Positions 37,061 to 50,330 of a stretch of DNA of 64,000 nt are shown here, in pieces (the stretch's first letter is position 1; every line of letters starts with the position of its first letter). The position numbers were made by a program, and so were the translations under genes. The notes under the pieces are model-generated. The model saw only the letters and a list, made by a program, of their open reading frames with translations, did not search any database and was not told the DNA's origin. Source of the DNA: Octopus sinensis (lineage: Eukaryota); NCBI RefSeq assembly GCF_006345805.1, contig NC_043001.1, forward strand, positions 128,650,001-128,714,000, in the 5' to 3' direction.

Positions 37061-39190
37061 AACACCCAATGGCACTGCTCTCAGGGTCATTGGTCCACAC
37101 AAGCTTCTCCACCATAAAAGGAGTGACCTTCAAAGGGGCTGTTGAATGTAATACTTTATTTATTCACATTGTTTTGAGTTGATCTTGTAGCTGCAGGATT
37201 TTGATGATGTGACTGTTTATTTTTAGAATGACATTATAGAGTGGGTGCAAGAGGTATGCAAAAGACATGGCCAGTTGAAATGCTAAAGAGTTAACATTGT
37301 CAAAACTGCATCCTTTAAAGTTTAGACTTCCTATTCAAAACCAGAAAATACATACTTCTGCCTCCATGAATTACCAACACTTTACTATTGGCACCAAATT
37401 GGCAGAGTTTTTTTAACATTGGACAGAACACCACATGCAATAGTTCTTTCTTTTGTGATCAATCAGAGACTTTCATTGACCTTTGGAAAGTGCTCTGTAA
37501 AGTTCTTTGTGAGGTAGGTATGACTTATCGATATAGATATATCCACTCCAGTGTAACTGAGAAGTCAGCACCATGATATCAACTCTAACCAGACCTACTT
37601 TGTCCCTCACTTATAAGTTTGTCACCTTGTCCAACACCTGATTGATCACAGCTCTCATGTGGGTATGTTTTGATCTACTTTTATGCTCACCAAATTAACA
37701 TTTAAACCATATATTCTACTTGTTTTATTTTCAAACTGGCCTGATACAGCCTCTCACACCTACCCTAAAAATAGGCAATCACAAAATAAAAATAAGCAAT
37801 CACATCTCAAAGCTATAAGATGATGCTATAACATGCTTAAAACAATAAAATATTACGTTTGACAGAGAAATCTTAATGCTAAAAGGTTAAAGATATTAAC
37901 ATTAACTTAATCTTAATTCTGATGCAAAGTCTTGCCCAAAATACTAGCCTTTACTTTGTCTCATACCAAACTGTGATAGTCAACTTCCATTTAAAATTAT
38001 TTAAAATTACATTAGTCCAGTTCATGTTTTCATTTAATTTTTAATTAACTCTGCTCTCAAAGTTGTCTCTGCTGATTTAAAAATTTTATTTTTTATTTTT
38101 ACTGCTGGAGCAGCCTGTATGGGGGTTTCATAGGCCCTCTGAGAATGGTAGGAATGGTGCCATCAATGTTCTTTTTGAACCATTGCAGGTCACCTGCTGG
38201 AAAGAGATGAGTTAGGAGGGAATCCCAGATTTTTCTAGACTGGAATCAGTCACTAAACCTAATGAATTTTTCTCTTCATTAAAAATGTAATTTTCATTGA
38301 TTAAACATATTTTTTAAAGCTGTTTAACTTGTTAGTTCTGTACAAGTTGTTGTTTAGCCCCAGGTCAGTTTAAATTAAACATTTGATCAAAAGCGTTCTA
38401 ACTATTGTTTTTGCTTTTTATAATATTTTGATATAGGTGCAGGCATTAGGGAGCCCAGGACTATGGAACAGCACCGTGAAACTGAACCAAAGACATATGG
38501 TTGCAAAGTAGACTTCTTGGCACCACAGCCATGCCTGTGCATGCACATATATATATATGCTGTTCCATAATCCTGGGCTACCAAATTCCTTGTGGATGAA
38601 TTATACATCTCTCACTGCTTGAAAACCCATTTTGGTTTGGCAAGAAGTGACTGATGGAGATAAGTACAAGGTTTAAATTGGATGCTGGAGTTGATTTGGT
38701 GAACTAACCACTTCAAGGCAATGTTGGGGCACAGCCCTGACACAAGTGAAAGAATTTTAGGGACTACATTCTTGAACATGCCCTTCTTTATTCAAAATTG
38801 TAGGTCGTGATTTGTAGCAGAGGTCACCTGTTTATGTAGTTTTATGGAAGCTTTCATCTTTTACTTGTTTCAGTTATTAGATGTGACCATGCTGGAGCAC
38901 CACCTTGAAGGGTTTTAGTTATAATGAATTGACCCCATTACTTTTTTGCTTTTAAGCCTGGTACTTATTCTGTCGGCCTCTTAGGAACTACTAAGTTATA
39001 GGGATCAAACAGTGGTGGGAGATAAACACACACACACAAACACACATATATATATATGTATATATATATATATACATATATATATATGTCCTCGTATATA
39101 TATATGTATATATATATATATGCATATATATATATGTCCTCGTACGAAACAATTGTACTGATATATTGATCCATTCTTGTTGCTTTTTTT

Positions 39191-39265
<75 letters not shown>

Positions 39266-40659
39266 AGAGATAATAGGCTTCTTACAGTTTTACATCTACC
39301 AATTCCACTCACAAGGCTTTAGTCAACCTGAGGCTGTGGTAGAAGACACTTGCACAAGAAGGTTAGGAAGCAAACCTCTTACCACACAGCTACACCTGTA
39401 ACTATATGAAGGTATGGCAGTAACTTTTTAACTAATCAAATAGAAAAATAAAATAAGCCTGTTGGCAATGAGGGGCTTTGTTTGTACTCAGTAATTGGGT
39501 TTGGCTGTATTTGCTTTATCTTTGGTTAAAAAACAACAACAACAAAAGAAAGTATATCTTTCTGATTTCTTCATTCATTTAATTAGTCTAACAAGCTGAT
39601 ATTCTTCATTTAATGGTTTTGAGGGAGTGGTCAACAGGAAGAAGTGAATCCTATTGAAAAAAAAAATCAGTTTCTAATATAAATAAATAAATAAATAAAG
39701 TAAAACAAGCAAATAAAAACGGAATAAAAAAAAAGAGTTGTCTGAAAACATGCAAATGAACAAATTTTAGAAACAAACAAAAAATGTAAAGAAAAAAAAC
39801 CCTCATGATAATTCATGAAAAGAAGACAGGAAAAAAAATTAGTTTTGAGTATTTACTTAAATCCCATTATAAGAAAATGTTAATATGATACTTCCCCCTT
39901 CTGGAAAGAAAAACCTAAAAGCCATTATCATGTGTTTTGTATAATGATCTTGTATCTATGATTTTGTATAATGATCTTTCTCTTTCTCTGATAACATTGT
40001 TATTGTCTGTGGAAACGGAAGCAAGCAGTTATAATAATGGATAAGGTGATTACAAACTTTAGTTCTGGAAAATGTTTAAAAACAATGTTATCAACACTTC
40101 ATATGGATACTAATAATTTAACAATCCTCTTCTTTAGAAAATGAATAAAATACTCAAAATCTTTCCGATTCAGTTTTATTTTTGTTGTTATTATTTGTTT
40201 TATTATTAGTTGGCATTAGTCAAAATATTTTGTGTGAATTCTTCCGACTCTTTAGATTATGAGTTCAAATGCTGCCAAGGTCGACTTTGTCTTTTATCCT
40301 TTTGGGGGTCCGTAAAGTAAAGCACCAGTCCATCACTGGGGTCACTGTAATCAACTTGTCCCCTTTCCTAAACAATTACTGGCCTTGTGCCAAAATTAGA
40401 AAGAATTATTAGGGTGGTGATCTGGCAGCATTCTTAGTGTGTCAGCAAAAATGCTTAGCAGCATTACTTCAGGTTTTACATTCTGAGTTCAAATTCTTCC
40501 AAAGCTAACTTTGCTTTTTGTCCTTTCAGGTTCAATGAAATAGGTATTATTTGAGCACTGGGGTTGCTGTAATCAACTAGCTTCCTCCACAATTTTTTCA
40601 GGCTTTGTACCTGGAGTAGAGAGGATTATTATTATTCCAATGCTGTTGCATACAGCTCT

Positions 40660-41640
40660 ATGCAGACATATCCAGTCCAAGCTGAGTTAAATCAGGTTGA
40701 ATCAGGCTCTGTCAACCTTGGTTTGCCTGTCCAAGGTGATTTTACCAGACCGGGCTGAACTACGCCAGATAGAAGCAGGCTTTGCCAACCTTAGTTTGCC
40801 ATTCAAAGCTGAGCTGATCTGAGCTAAGCCAGGCCAGACTATTGCTAGTGTATTCAGGCAGACCCATACCAGGCACCAGACTAAAGCAGGCTCTGCCAAC
40901 CTCAGTTTGCCAGTCCAAGCTGATTTCATATTTTATCATTATTATATATGTTCATATATATTATAAACAAGTGTCTTCTGTTATAGATCTTTTACAGATC
41001 TATGCAGGAATATCCAGACTAAGGTGAGTTAAACCAGATTGAATCAGGCTCTGCCAACCTTGGCTTGCCTATCCAAGGTGATTTCATCTGAGCCAGGCCA
41101 TGGCAGGTCTATCTGAGCAGATCTAGTTAAGGCCGAGCTACACAAGATCAAAGGAAGCTCAGCAAACCTCGGTTTGTCAGTCCAAGCTGATTTCAGCTGA
41201 CCCGAGCCAGGAAAATCTACTGGTGTCTATCCAGGCATATCTAGACCAGTCTGGGCTACACGAGATCAAAACAGGTTCTGACCATCTCTGTGTCCCAGTT
41301 CAAGCTAATTGAAGCTGAGTTAGACCAGGTGAATTTATTGCCGTTCTACCTAGCCAGATCTAGACCTGTTGAGTTATATGGGTAGGCTCTGCCAACCTTG
41401 ATTTGCCTATTAAAGCTGATGTTAGCTGAGCCAGTCCAGGCACATCTATTGCTGGTCTATCCTGTTAGATCTAGATGAAGCTGACCTACACCAGTTCGGG
41501 GCAGGCTATGCCAACCTCAGTTTGCCAGTCCAAGCTGGTTTAAGCTGAGACAGGAGGCATGCAAGTGCTTGTATATTCAGTGTGATCTTGTCCAGGTCTG
41601 CCACACCAGATAGAAGCAGGCTATTCCGGGCCAAGCTGAT
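40660..41640. repeat. Degenerate tandem array, ~110-119-bp period, about 9 units
   Basis: Core GGCTCTGCCAACCT(T/C)(G/A)GTTTGCC..CAAG(C/G)TGA at 40705, 40778, 40889, 41047, 41156, 41274, 41385, 41504, 41619. Confidence 0.85.
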
Positions 41641-43369
41641 TGAGACGAGCTGGCTTCGATTGTTATAAACCAGTTTAAACTGGATTATACCATTTCAAAT
41701 TGGTTTGGACCATTTGGAACACGTTTAGCCCTTCCCTTTCTTAACATGTTTCCTTAACTACATCCCCCTTCATTCTCTTTAATCTCCCTTCTTCTTTATT
41801 CATTACTCTTTTTCATCTCTGTTCCCCCTCACTTTCTCCTCAGTGTGTACCACCAATCCTTACTTTTATCTCTTCACCTTTATCTCTCTTACTCCTTTTA
41901 TTTCTTCCCCCACCTGTCCTTAATCATCTCTCTTTACTGCAGTCCAGCGTCCATCTTTTTCAACCTGTCCTTCCTTCACATGCTATCTTCCCAGCAGGAC
42001 AAACACAAACAATACATACATACACGACGGGCTTCTTTCAGTTTCCATCTACCATATCCACACACAAAGCTTTGGTCAGCCCGAGGCTATAAGAGAAGAC
42101 ACTTGTTCAAGGATCCACGCAATGGGACTGAACCCGGAACCATGCGGTTGAGAAGCACACTTTTTACTACATAGCCACACCTGCACCTATTTAACTCTGG
42201 TCACTATGTTGTATACTCCTCTACTTTAGGTTGTGTCTCAGCACTTTACCTCCATACCCCCATTGTCACTCTTGCATAGTCCCCCAACCTTTCCTGCAAG
42301 ACAATTTTTTATCTTTTACTCATTTCAGTGTGTTGCCATGCTGGGACACCACCACAAAGAATTTTTAGTCATTTTAAAACCAGACTCTTCTGCTGATTCA
42401 TGGGGATGTAAACACACCAACACCAGTTGTCAAGCTGTGGTGGGGGACAAACACAGACACAATGACACAAACAGACATATATATATATATGTATATATGA
42501 CAGACATTTTTTAGTTTCCATCTATCAGATCCACTCACAAGGCTTTAGTTGAGCCAAGGTTATAGTAGAAGTCACTTGCTTAAGGTGCCATGCAGTGGGA
42601 CTGAACCCAGAACCACATATAGAAATTTCCTACAAATGTAGAAAGTCTTAAACTTACATAAAAGTTCCTGAAAATGCCTTCGTCATTGTGTTCCCATCTT
42701 GTTTCTCCTACTGAACCATCAAATATATTTTAGTTTTCACTTCATACATACCAGTAGGCCTCTATTTGGTTCATACAAATGAAATTTCTAGAATGGTTTA
42801 CTGTCCCATGTTTATAACCTAACTGATAAATTCTTATAGCTAGCTCATTCATCTGTATACACTGTACGGCCTGGTAAAACATTTTCTTGTTTTTGCTTTT
42901 TATAATATTTTGATATAGGTGCAGGCATTAGGGAGCCCAAGACTATGGAACAGCACCGTGAAACTGAACCAAAGACATATGGTTGCAAAGTAGGCTTCTT
43001 GGCACCACAGCCATGCCTGTGCATGCAAATATATATATATATGCTGTTCCATAGTCCTGGGCTACCTAATTCCTTGTGGATGAATTATACATCTCTCACT
43101 GCTTGAAAACCCATTTTGGTTTGGCAAGAAGTGACTGATGGAGATAAGTACAAGGTTTAAATTGGATACTGGAGTTGATTTGATGAACTAACCACTTCAA
43201 GGCAATTTGGGGGCACAGCCCTGACACAAGTGAAAGAATGTTAGGAACTACATTCTTGAACATGCCCTTCTTTATTCAAAATTGTAGGTCGTGATTTGTA
43301 GCAGAGGTCACCTGTTTATGTAGTTTTATGGAAGCTTTCATCTTTTACTTGTTTCAGTCTTTACTTTGG

Positions 43370-43870
43370 GATGTATCTGGCTTTGCCGAGGGTAGACTTG
43401 CAAATCAGCGTCAAAATCCACAGTCAGTTATGGTTTGGGTGGCTGTGACAGCCACTGGAAGGTCCCCCTCATTTCTGTTTCCAGAATGTCGCTTATGTAT
43501 CACTTGGTTTTAATTTTAACACCCATTGATACATTAGCGACCCTCTGGATGCTGAACTGTTTTCGTGAGCAAATGAGCACTTTCAAGGCACACCTTTAAG
43601 GCTCCAAAGTGTGCCATCCCACAGCTCAAAACACACAACACTGGATTCAGAAAAACGTTCCATCATTCATAGGCAAGAATGTATGGCCCTCAAGAAGCCC
43701 CAATCTCAACCTGTGGGATTTTTGTTTGGTCCATTTTGGAGACGAGAGTCTTGATGCTCTGAAGACATCAGGAATGTGCCAGAAATGGGCTTCGATCCTG
43801 CAAGAACAGCTGCATGTCATTTGTGAAGCATTTGCACCTAGACAGAGGTGGTCATATTGAATAAATGTAG
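43370..43870 (+). mobile_element. Tc1/mariner-superfamily transposase remnant
   Basis: QSVMVWVAVTATGRSP and WPSRSPNLNLWDF (SPDLNP.D-like) motifs. Confidence 0.65.
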
Positions 43871-44221
43871 TAGTGTCATAATTGTGTTTCCTTTACATAT
43901 GCAACACAAGGATCCAAAATATAACAATATTTTGCTTTGGCAAAATTGAAAAAAGTTGGTTGCCTGCAATTTATTAAATACATATACTAATGTATATGTT
44001 TTGTGTAGTTTCTAGTGGCTGCAATGGCATCGCAGAGTGTATAAACTCTCATGTCACCAGTGTTAAACCATCTTAGCCATGGTGTTTTAATCAGCGACAT
44101 GCAAGTTTATATACTCTGCTACACTATTGCAGCTACTGGAAAATAAACAAAGCATATACATTAGTATATGTATTTAATAATATTTATTACACTAGCCCTG
44201 CCTTTACATCATACACACACA

Positions 44222-45608
44222 CATACATCATCATTGTCATACGTCCGTTGTCCATGCTGGCATAGGTTGGATGGTTTGACTGGGCTGGCATGTTGGAAGG
44301 CTGCGCCAGGATCCAGTGTGATTTGGCATGGTTTTCTATGGCTGGATGCCCTTCCTAATGCCAACCACTCCGAGAGTGAAATGGGTGCTTTTTGTGCCAT
44401 TTACATGGCACCGGTATCTGCCATGACTGTGATTTTGCTCAGCTTGATGGGTCTTCTTCTCAAGCATGACATAATGCCAAAGGTCTTGGTCATTGCCTCT
44501 GTGAGACCCAACACTCGGCCACTTTGCCTCCATGAAGTCCAATGCTCGAAAGGAACTCAGCTACTTCGCCTCTGTGAGGCCCACTTGAAAGGAGCTCAGC
44601 CACCTCACCTCCATGAGGCCCAACTCTCAGAAGGAACTCAGCCACTTTGCTTCCATGAGGCCCAACACTCGAAAGGAACTCGTGAGGCCTATTCAAAAGG
44701 TACTCAGCCACCTCACCTCTATTAGGCCCAACACTCAAAAGGAACTCAGCCACTTTGCTTCTGTGAGGCCTGCTCGAAAGGAACTCAGCCACCTCACCTC
44801 CGTGAAGCCCAACACTCAAAAGGAACTCAGCCACTTTGCTTCCAAGAGGCCCAATGCTCAAAAGGAATTCAGTCACTTTGCCTCTGTCAGGCCCAACATT
44901 TGAAAGGTACTCAGCCACTTTGCCTCCATGAGGCCCAACATTCAAAGGTTGATAAGCACATCACCAAAGGTATGGCCTCTGTCAAACATGCACACTGACA
45001 TTGCACATCCAGCAAAGCATAGTGGCTTCATTTCTCTCAATGTCCTTGGCTGTCATAGCCCATGTTTCACTGCCATGCAGTATAGCTGTTCACACACAGG
45101 CATCAAATAATCTGCCTTTCACTCTGAGAGGCTCTTTGTTCCCAGCAGGGGTAAGAGCTCTCTGAACTTTGTCCAGTCTAGTCTTATTCTCACAGCTATG
45201 CTTCGGAACAACCACCTCTATTACTAGCCTGGCTGCCTAGATACTTGAAGCTACTACTTCTAGCTTGCCCCACTGGAGTCTATTTTCTGCACATGTTCAG
45301 CATTTATTACACCTGTGCACTTTCCACATACAAAAGTTAGTTTCCCTGTAAACCTTCCTTTCATGTTGCTGCACCTTTTGTGTATCCAAGGCTTACACTG
45401 GGTGCATCTTATGGAGTTTCTACCTACACTTTTTCTACAGATCAAGCAGGGCCGGGCATCTATCTGAGGGATTGGTGATTTGTCTGCTAGGTTAACTCTA
45501 AGACCTTTTGATTCTAGACCCTGTTTCCATACCTGGAACTTCTCTAGCTGAGGTTGTGATTCAGCTATAAGAGCAAGGTCATCAGCATAGAGGAGCTCTC
45601 AGGGACAA

Positions 45609-45610
<2 letters not shown>
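44222..45610 (-). mobile_element. 5'-truncated RTE-X-like LINE with full 3' UTR and (GAT)n tail
   Basis: GCP*ELLYADDLAL (RT core), NSIRCTQCKPWIHKRCS..FVCGKC, ILHGSETW, then the 42-bp array and a tail shared with many short repeats in the window. Confidence 0.85.
44500..44945. repeat. ~42-bp tandem array (about 10 units) in the LINE 3' region
   Basis: Unit approx. GAGGCCCAACACTCGAAAGGAACTCAGCCACTTTGCCTCCAT; produces the 14-aa periodic ORFs in the track. Confidence 0.9.
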
Positions 45611-45652
<42 letters not shown>

Positions 45653-45812
45653 TGGTCATCCCTCTTTTAAGAATGTAATATAATTTTCTGAACCTTCAGA
45701 TTTTAATATGCTAGATCACTGGTTTTAAATTGATATTAATCAAATTAATATTCAATTTTTCACCCTCATTTTAATTATATATATAAGTAACATATATATA
45801 TATATAAGTAAC

Positions 45813-45859
<47 letters not shown>

Positions 45860-46112
45860 TAACGTATATATATATACATTACTTATACACACACATATGT
45901 ATACATTATTACATATATCATATATATAATACAAAAACACACTGCTGACTGTGATAATTAATGAAATAGTAATAAAATTTTAAAATTCATTCTTTCTGTG
46001 TGGTCCAGGATCACCAGACTTTTCATTTGATAAGGAAGTGTGTAACAGAAATGCAGTGAAAAGGCCCAACTGGGAATTGAACCAGTGCCACATATGGCAT
46101 TTTGTCTGATTT

Positions 46113-46215
46113 ATTTTGTCTTATACACACATTTTGTCTTATACACACATTTTGTCTTATACACACATTTTGTCTTATACACACATTTTGTCTTATACAC
46201 ACATTTTGTCTTATA
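46113..46215. repeat. 18-bp minisatellite (TACACACATTTTGTCTTA) x ~6
   Basis: Direct reading. Confidence 0.95.
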
Positions 46216-46634
46216 CACACACACACACGAATGCATGTGTATGTGTTTGTTAGTGTGTGTGTATATTCTTTATTATCTATAAATACAAGAATATTTTATA
46301 ATTTCAATGTGTCCATACATAATTAGAGAAAAATCAACCAAAAATGATTTTTAAACAATAAAAAACAATATTGCTTATGTTTATTTCATTATTACATTTT
46401 TTTGTTTTACATAATTTTGCCTGCGTTCTTGTTCATAAACATTTTCATAAGTAGCTGCTGTTCTTGTTAAAAAAGACACAAACAAAAAAAATTGAAATAA
46501 ACCATTATCTTAAAAGAGATTTTTGTTCTTGTTATTATTACAGTTTTATTATTGTTTTTGTGTGGTTGTTCTTGTGCTGTAGAAATCTGAAAAGCCATTT
46601 ATCCCTGGGACAATTTTTGTGATTTTGTTGTTGT

Positions 46635-46700
46635 GCATGTATATATATGCATCTGTATAATATATATATATATATATACACATCATACACACATGTATGT

Positions 46701-46758
<58 letters not shown>

Positions 46759-46958
46759 CATGCACATATATATATACACATGTATGTATACATATATATA
46801 TATACATACATATGTATATATGTGTATGTGTATACATATGTATATATATGTGTATATTTACATGTATGTGTGTGTATATATACATATGTATATATATGTA
46901 TGCTCACACACAAAATTATATATAAGCACATATACATAGATATATACACATACATACG

Positions 46959-46990
<32 letters not shown>

Positions 46991-47345
46991 CACATATATG
47001 TACATAATTATAAAAAATATGTATATATATATATATACAAACATGTGCATATATGTGTGTGATATATATATATATATACACACACACACAATACTTGCAT
47101 ATGCATATATATTTTGTGTATGTATATGTGTATATTTGTAGATATGAATTTATATGCATGCGTTCATGTAAGCATGTATATATTTGTGTATATGCATGTA
47201 ATTTTATAATCATGCACACACACACACACACACACACACATGTACATATGTATATAGACACACATGTATACATACACATTCAAACATCTGCTTACATATT
47301 CATACACATGCATGTATGTATGTATGCCTGTGTGTACGTAAGCAC
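46635..47345. repeat. Compound (TA)n/(CA)n/(TG)n microsatellite field
   Basis: Direct reading; source of spurious Y/I/H/C-rich ORFs. Confidence 0.95.
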
Positions 47346-48213
47346 TTGTACATGTGTTACTGGTTTGCTTTTTTATTATTTGTCCTTTGCTATTTTTGTT
47401 AATTTAAACCTATTTAAGGTAACTTGTAATATAAAAGTAGAAGATATTTTCCCTGTCGCATAAAACCTTGCTGTCGGGCATTTTATGAACAAGAATCTAA
47501 AATGACTTTAGTTAGACTTCAGTAAGTATTAGATTGGCATATATAGCCTTTTTCTTAATATATGTGTGTTTCTTGAAACAATTCAATTAATTTCTTCAAG
47601 TAAATATTTTTATTTATTTATATAAATTTATTTGTGTATTTTCAAAATTTGATGTTATTTATTTTACTTTGGTTTTAATATTGTCTGTTTTAAAAATTTT
47701 TTTGTTTTTGTTTCTGTTTTATTAGTTTTGAAAATTTCAAGAAATGAAACAGAAATAAAGACAAAACAACATACAAAAAAAAAAAATAATAAATAAAATC
47801 AGCCAGAAAATTATAAGAAATAACAATAAATACCATAAGCAACACAGTGTTAATGAATAATGCAATTTTCTTTTATTAATAACATAACGAAACAATGCAA
47901 ATAATACAGTAATAATAATACAATAATAAAACAGCAGAATAAATACATAATGAATTTACACAGTTATTTTCCCCTCTATGACCCATTTACCCCCAAATCC
48001 CCTTGTTTTCAGAAAATTATATTTGAGTTGAGATTTTGCCTTTTTTCATTTTAGTTAACCCTGTTCAGTTTGTGGATTGATAAAATTCTCATCAAGCATT
48101 ATCAAAAGAAGAGTTGAAAAAAGTTACATCCAGTGACAGGTATGATAATAGTTTAGGCTTACTCTTCAATTGGCATACAGCCTATTCCTTAATATTTATG
48201 TGTTTGCTGAAAT

Positions 48214-48605
48214 CGTGGAGGCGCAATGGCCCAGTGGTTAGGGCAGCGGACTCGCGGTCATAGGATCGCGGTTTCGATTCCCAGACCGGGCGTTGTGAGT
48301 GTTTATTGAGCGAAAACACCTAAAGCTCCCCGAGGCTCCGGCAGGGGATGGTGGTTATCCCTGCTGTACTCTTTCACCACAACTTTCTCTCACTCTTACT
48401 TCCTGTTTCTGTTGTACCTGTATTTCAAAGGGCCAGCCTTGTCACTCTCTGTGTCACGCTGAATATCCCCGAGAACTACGTTAAGGGTACACGTGTCTGT
48501 GGAGTGCTCAGCCACTTACACGTTAATTTCACGAGCAGGCTGTTCCGTTGATTTGGATCAACCGGAACCCTCATCGTCGTAACCAACGGAGTGCTTCCAC
48601 ATATG
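48214..48605 (+). mobile_element. tRNA-headed SINE with 15-bp TSD
   Basis: A/B-box head; TSD TGTGTTTGCTGAAAT at 48199-48213 and 48606-48620. Confidence 0.88.
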
Positions 48606-48767
48606 TGTGTTTGCTGAAATAATTCAAGAAAGTATTTAAACTGCTATATCTAGCCCAAATATTTTACCTGTTTCATGTCTCACATTTAAACCAACCAGAT
48701 CCAGCCCCGTATACCTACCATACAATGTCATTCTATAATTAAACAGTCACATTATTGAAACCTCAAA

Positions 48768-49170
48768 GGCGCAGGAGTGGCTGTGTGGTAAGTAGCTTGC
48801 TAACCAACCACATGGTTCCGGGTTCAGTCCCACTGCGTGGCATCTTGGGCAAGTGTCTTCTGCTATAGCCCCGGGCCGACCAATGCCATGTGAGTGGATT
48901 TGGTAGACGGAAACTGAAAGAAGCCTGTCGTATATATGTATGTATATATGTGTGTGTATGTGCTTGTGTGTCTGTGTTTGTACCCCCCTAGCGTTGCTTG
49001 ACAACTGATGCTGGTGTGTTTACGTCACCGTCACTTAGCGGTTCGGCAAAAGAGACCGATAGAATAAGTACTGGGCTTACAAAAGAATAAGTCCCGGGGT
49101 CGATTTGCTCGACTAAAGGCGGTGCTCCAGCATGGCCGCAGTCAAATGACTGAAACAAGTAAAGAGAGTA
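48768..49170 (+). mobile_element. SINE family A
   Basis: Same head, body and tail. Confidence 0.92.
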
Positions 49171-49920
49171 CAAGATAATGTATGATTAATTGAAACACTG
49201 AATGAATCAGCATTGCATTTGAAAGAACTATCTGAATGCTAAAGGGTTAAATCTTGTTGGGTTCTCTCTATCCTGTGGTTAATAGATACTAAAGATTGTC
49301 CAAGCTGAAGTTTCAAACTTTGCACTGTGGCCATGCATGAAGAATAAGGGCAGGATGGAAGGTGTTTACCTCGATAAAAGATATGCTCAGAGCATAGTTA
49401 CACACACAGACACACACACAAATGGATATGCATATAAAATACATACACATAGTGGTCACATCGCTAGATTGTGGGTTCAGTTTCTGGATCAAGTAGTGTG
49501 TTGTATTCTTGAGTAAAGCACTTCATTTCATGCTGCTCCAGTCCACTCAGCTGTGATGGATCAGCCTCCTGATCAGGGGGAATGTTGGCTTGATTGCCTA
49601 GTTAGAGGAGTGGCATCATTCAAAAGCTAAAATAATGCAAAGTGCATTGTGATCAGTGATATATAACAACATCTGATTATCTGGTCGATCATGTGATCAT
49701 GTGCCAAAAACCACAGAAATCATCACCATCATCATCATTTAACATCTGTTGTCCATGCTAGCATGGGTTAAATGGTTTCACCAAAGCTGGTGGGGCTGCA
49801 CCAGACTCTAGTCTGATTTGGCTGAGTGCTGTTACATGGCACTGCACTGGCACTTTTGCATGGTGTGGCACAGGTACTTTTACATGACACCACACAGGTA
49901 CTTTTACATGTCACCACCAT

Positions 49921-50330
49921 GTTAACACTTTGAGTAGAGAAGGGTATGTTTAAAGTGACTGAGAAGAGATTAGTTGATGAACCTAATGCTATTAGGAGAA
50001 GAAAGTGAATGACAATTGGAGGTAGAAGAGATCATAAGAGAACTGGAAAAGAAAGACCAGACCGTGGGAAAGAAAAACAACAATGGTGAAGAAGGCTGTG
50101 TGGTGGTCACTGTTGAAATTCCACTTAAGAAGAATATTAGGTGAGAAGTAATTTTTTGAAATGTGGATGAGAGTAATGCAACAGTTGTTGTTATGTGGAC
50201 TTACTTGAAGTGACTGTAGGCTAGTAAAAAGAACTGCTGTGGAGTACGGTTTTTCTTGAGAAATGTGTTGTTTAACATCAAATTGTATAAAGGAGATTTC
50301 TGTCATCATCAAGTCATTAAAAAATGGTTA
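49921..50330 (+). mobile_element. R4/Dong-like LINE N-terminal fragment
   Basis: First ~160 bp nearly identical to 52692-52857; extends further 3'. Confidence 0.55.

Noticed and set aside
40705-41560. Repeat protein with a recurring in-frame TGA (GSANLxLPVQADxx*) suggestive of selenocysteine
   Set aside because: Unit lengths of 109, 118 and 119 break the frame, and I saw no SECIS or splice structure.
40705-41640. CRISPR-like repeat-spacer array
   Set aside because: Eukaryotic context, no cas genes, degenerate cores and mutually related spacers.
38405-43358. LTR retrotransposon bounded by the 470-bp repeats
   Set aside because: No TG..CA ends, PBS/PPT, TSD or internal gag/pol seen.
44490-44945. 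151-aa 14-residue-repeat host protein
   Set aside because: It results from a 42-bp array inside a LINE; no host exon structure.
46538-47463. Long Y/I/H/C-rich ORFs (also 58790-59891, 60408-60827, 38965-39312)
   Set aside because: They are translations of (TA)n/(CA)n/(TATG)n microsatellites, which lack stop codons in several frames.
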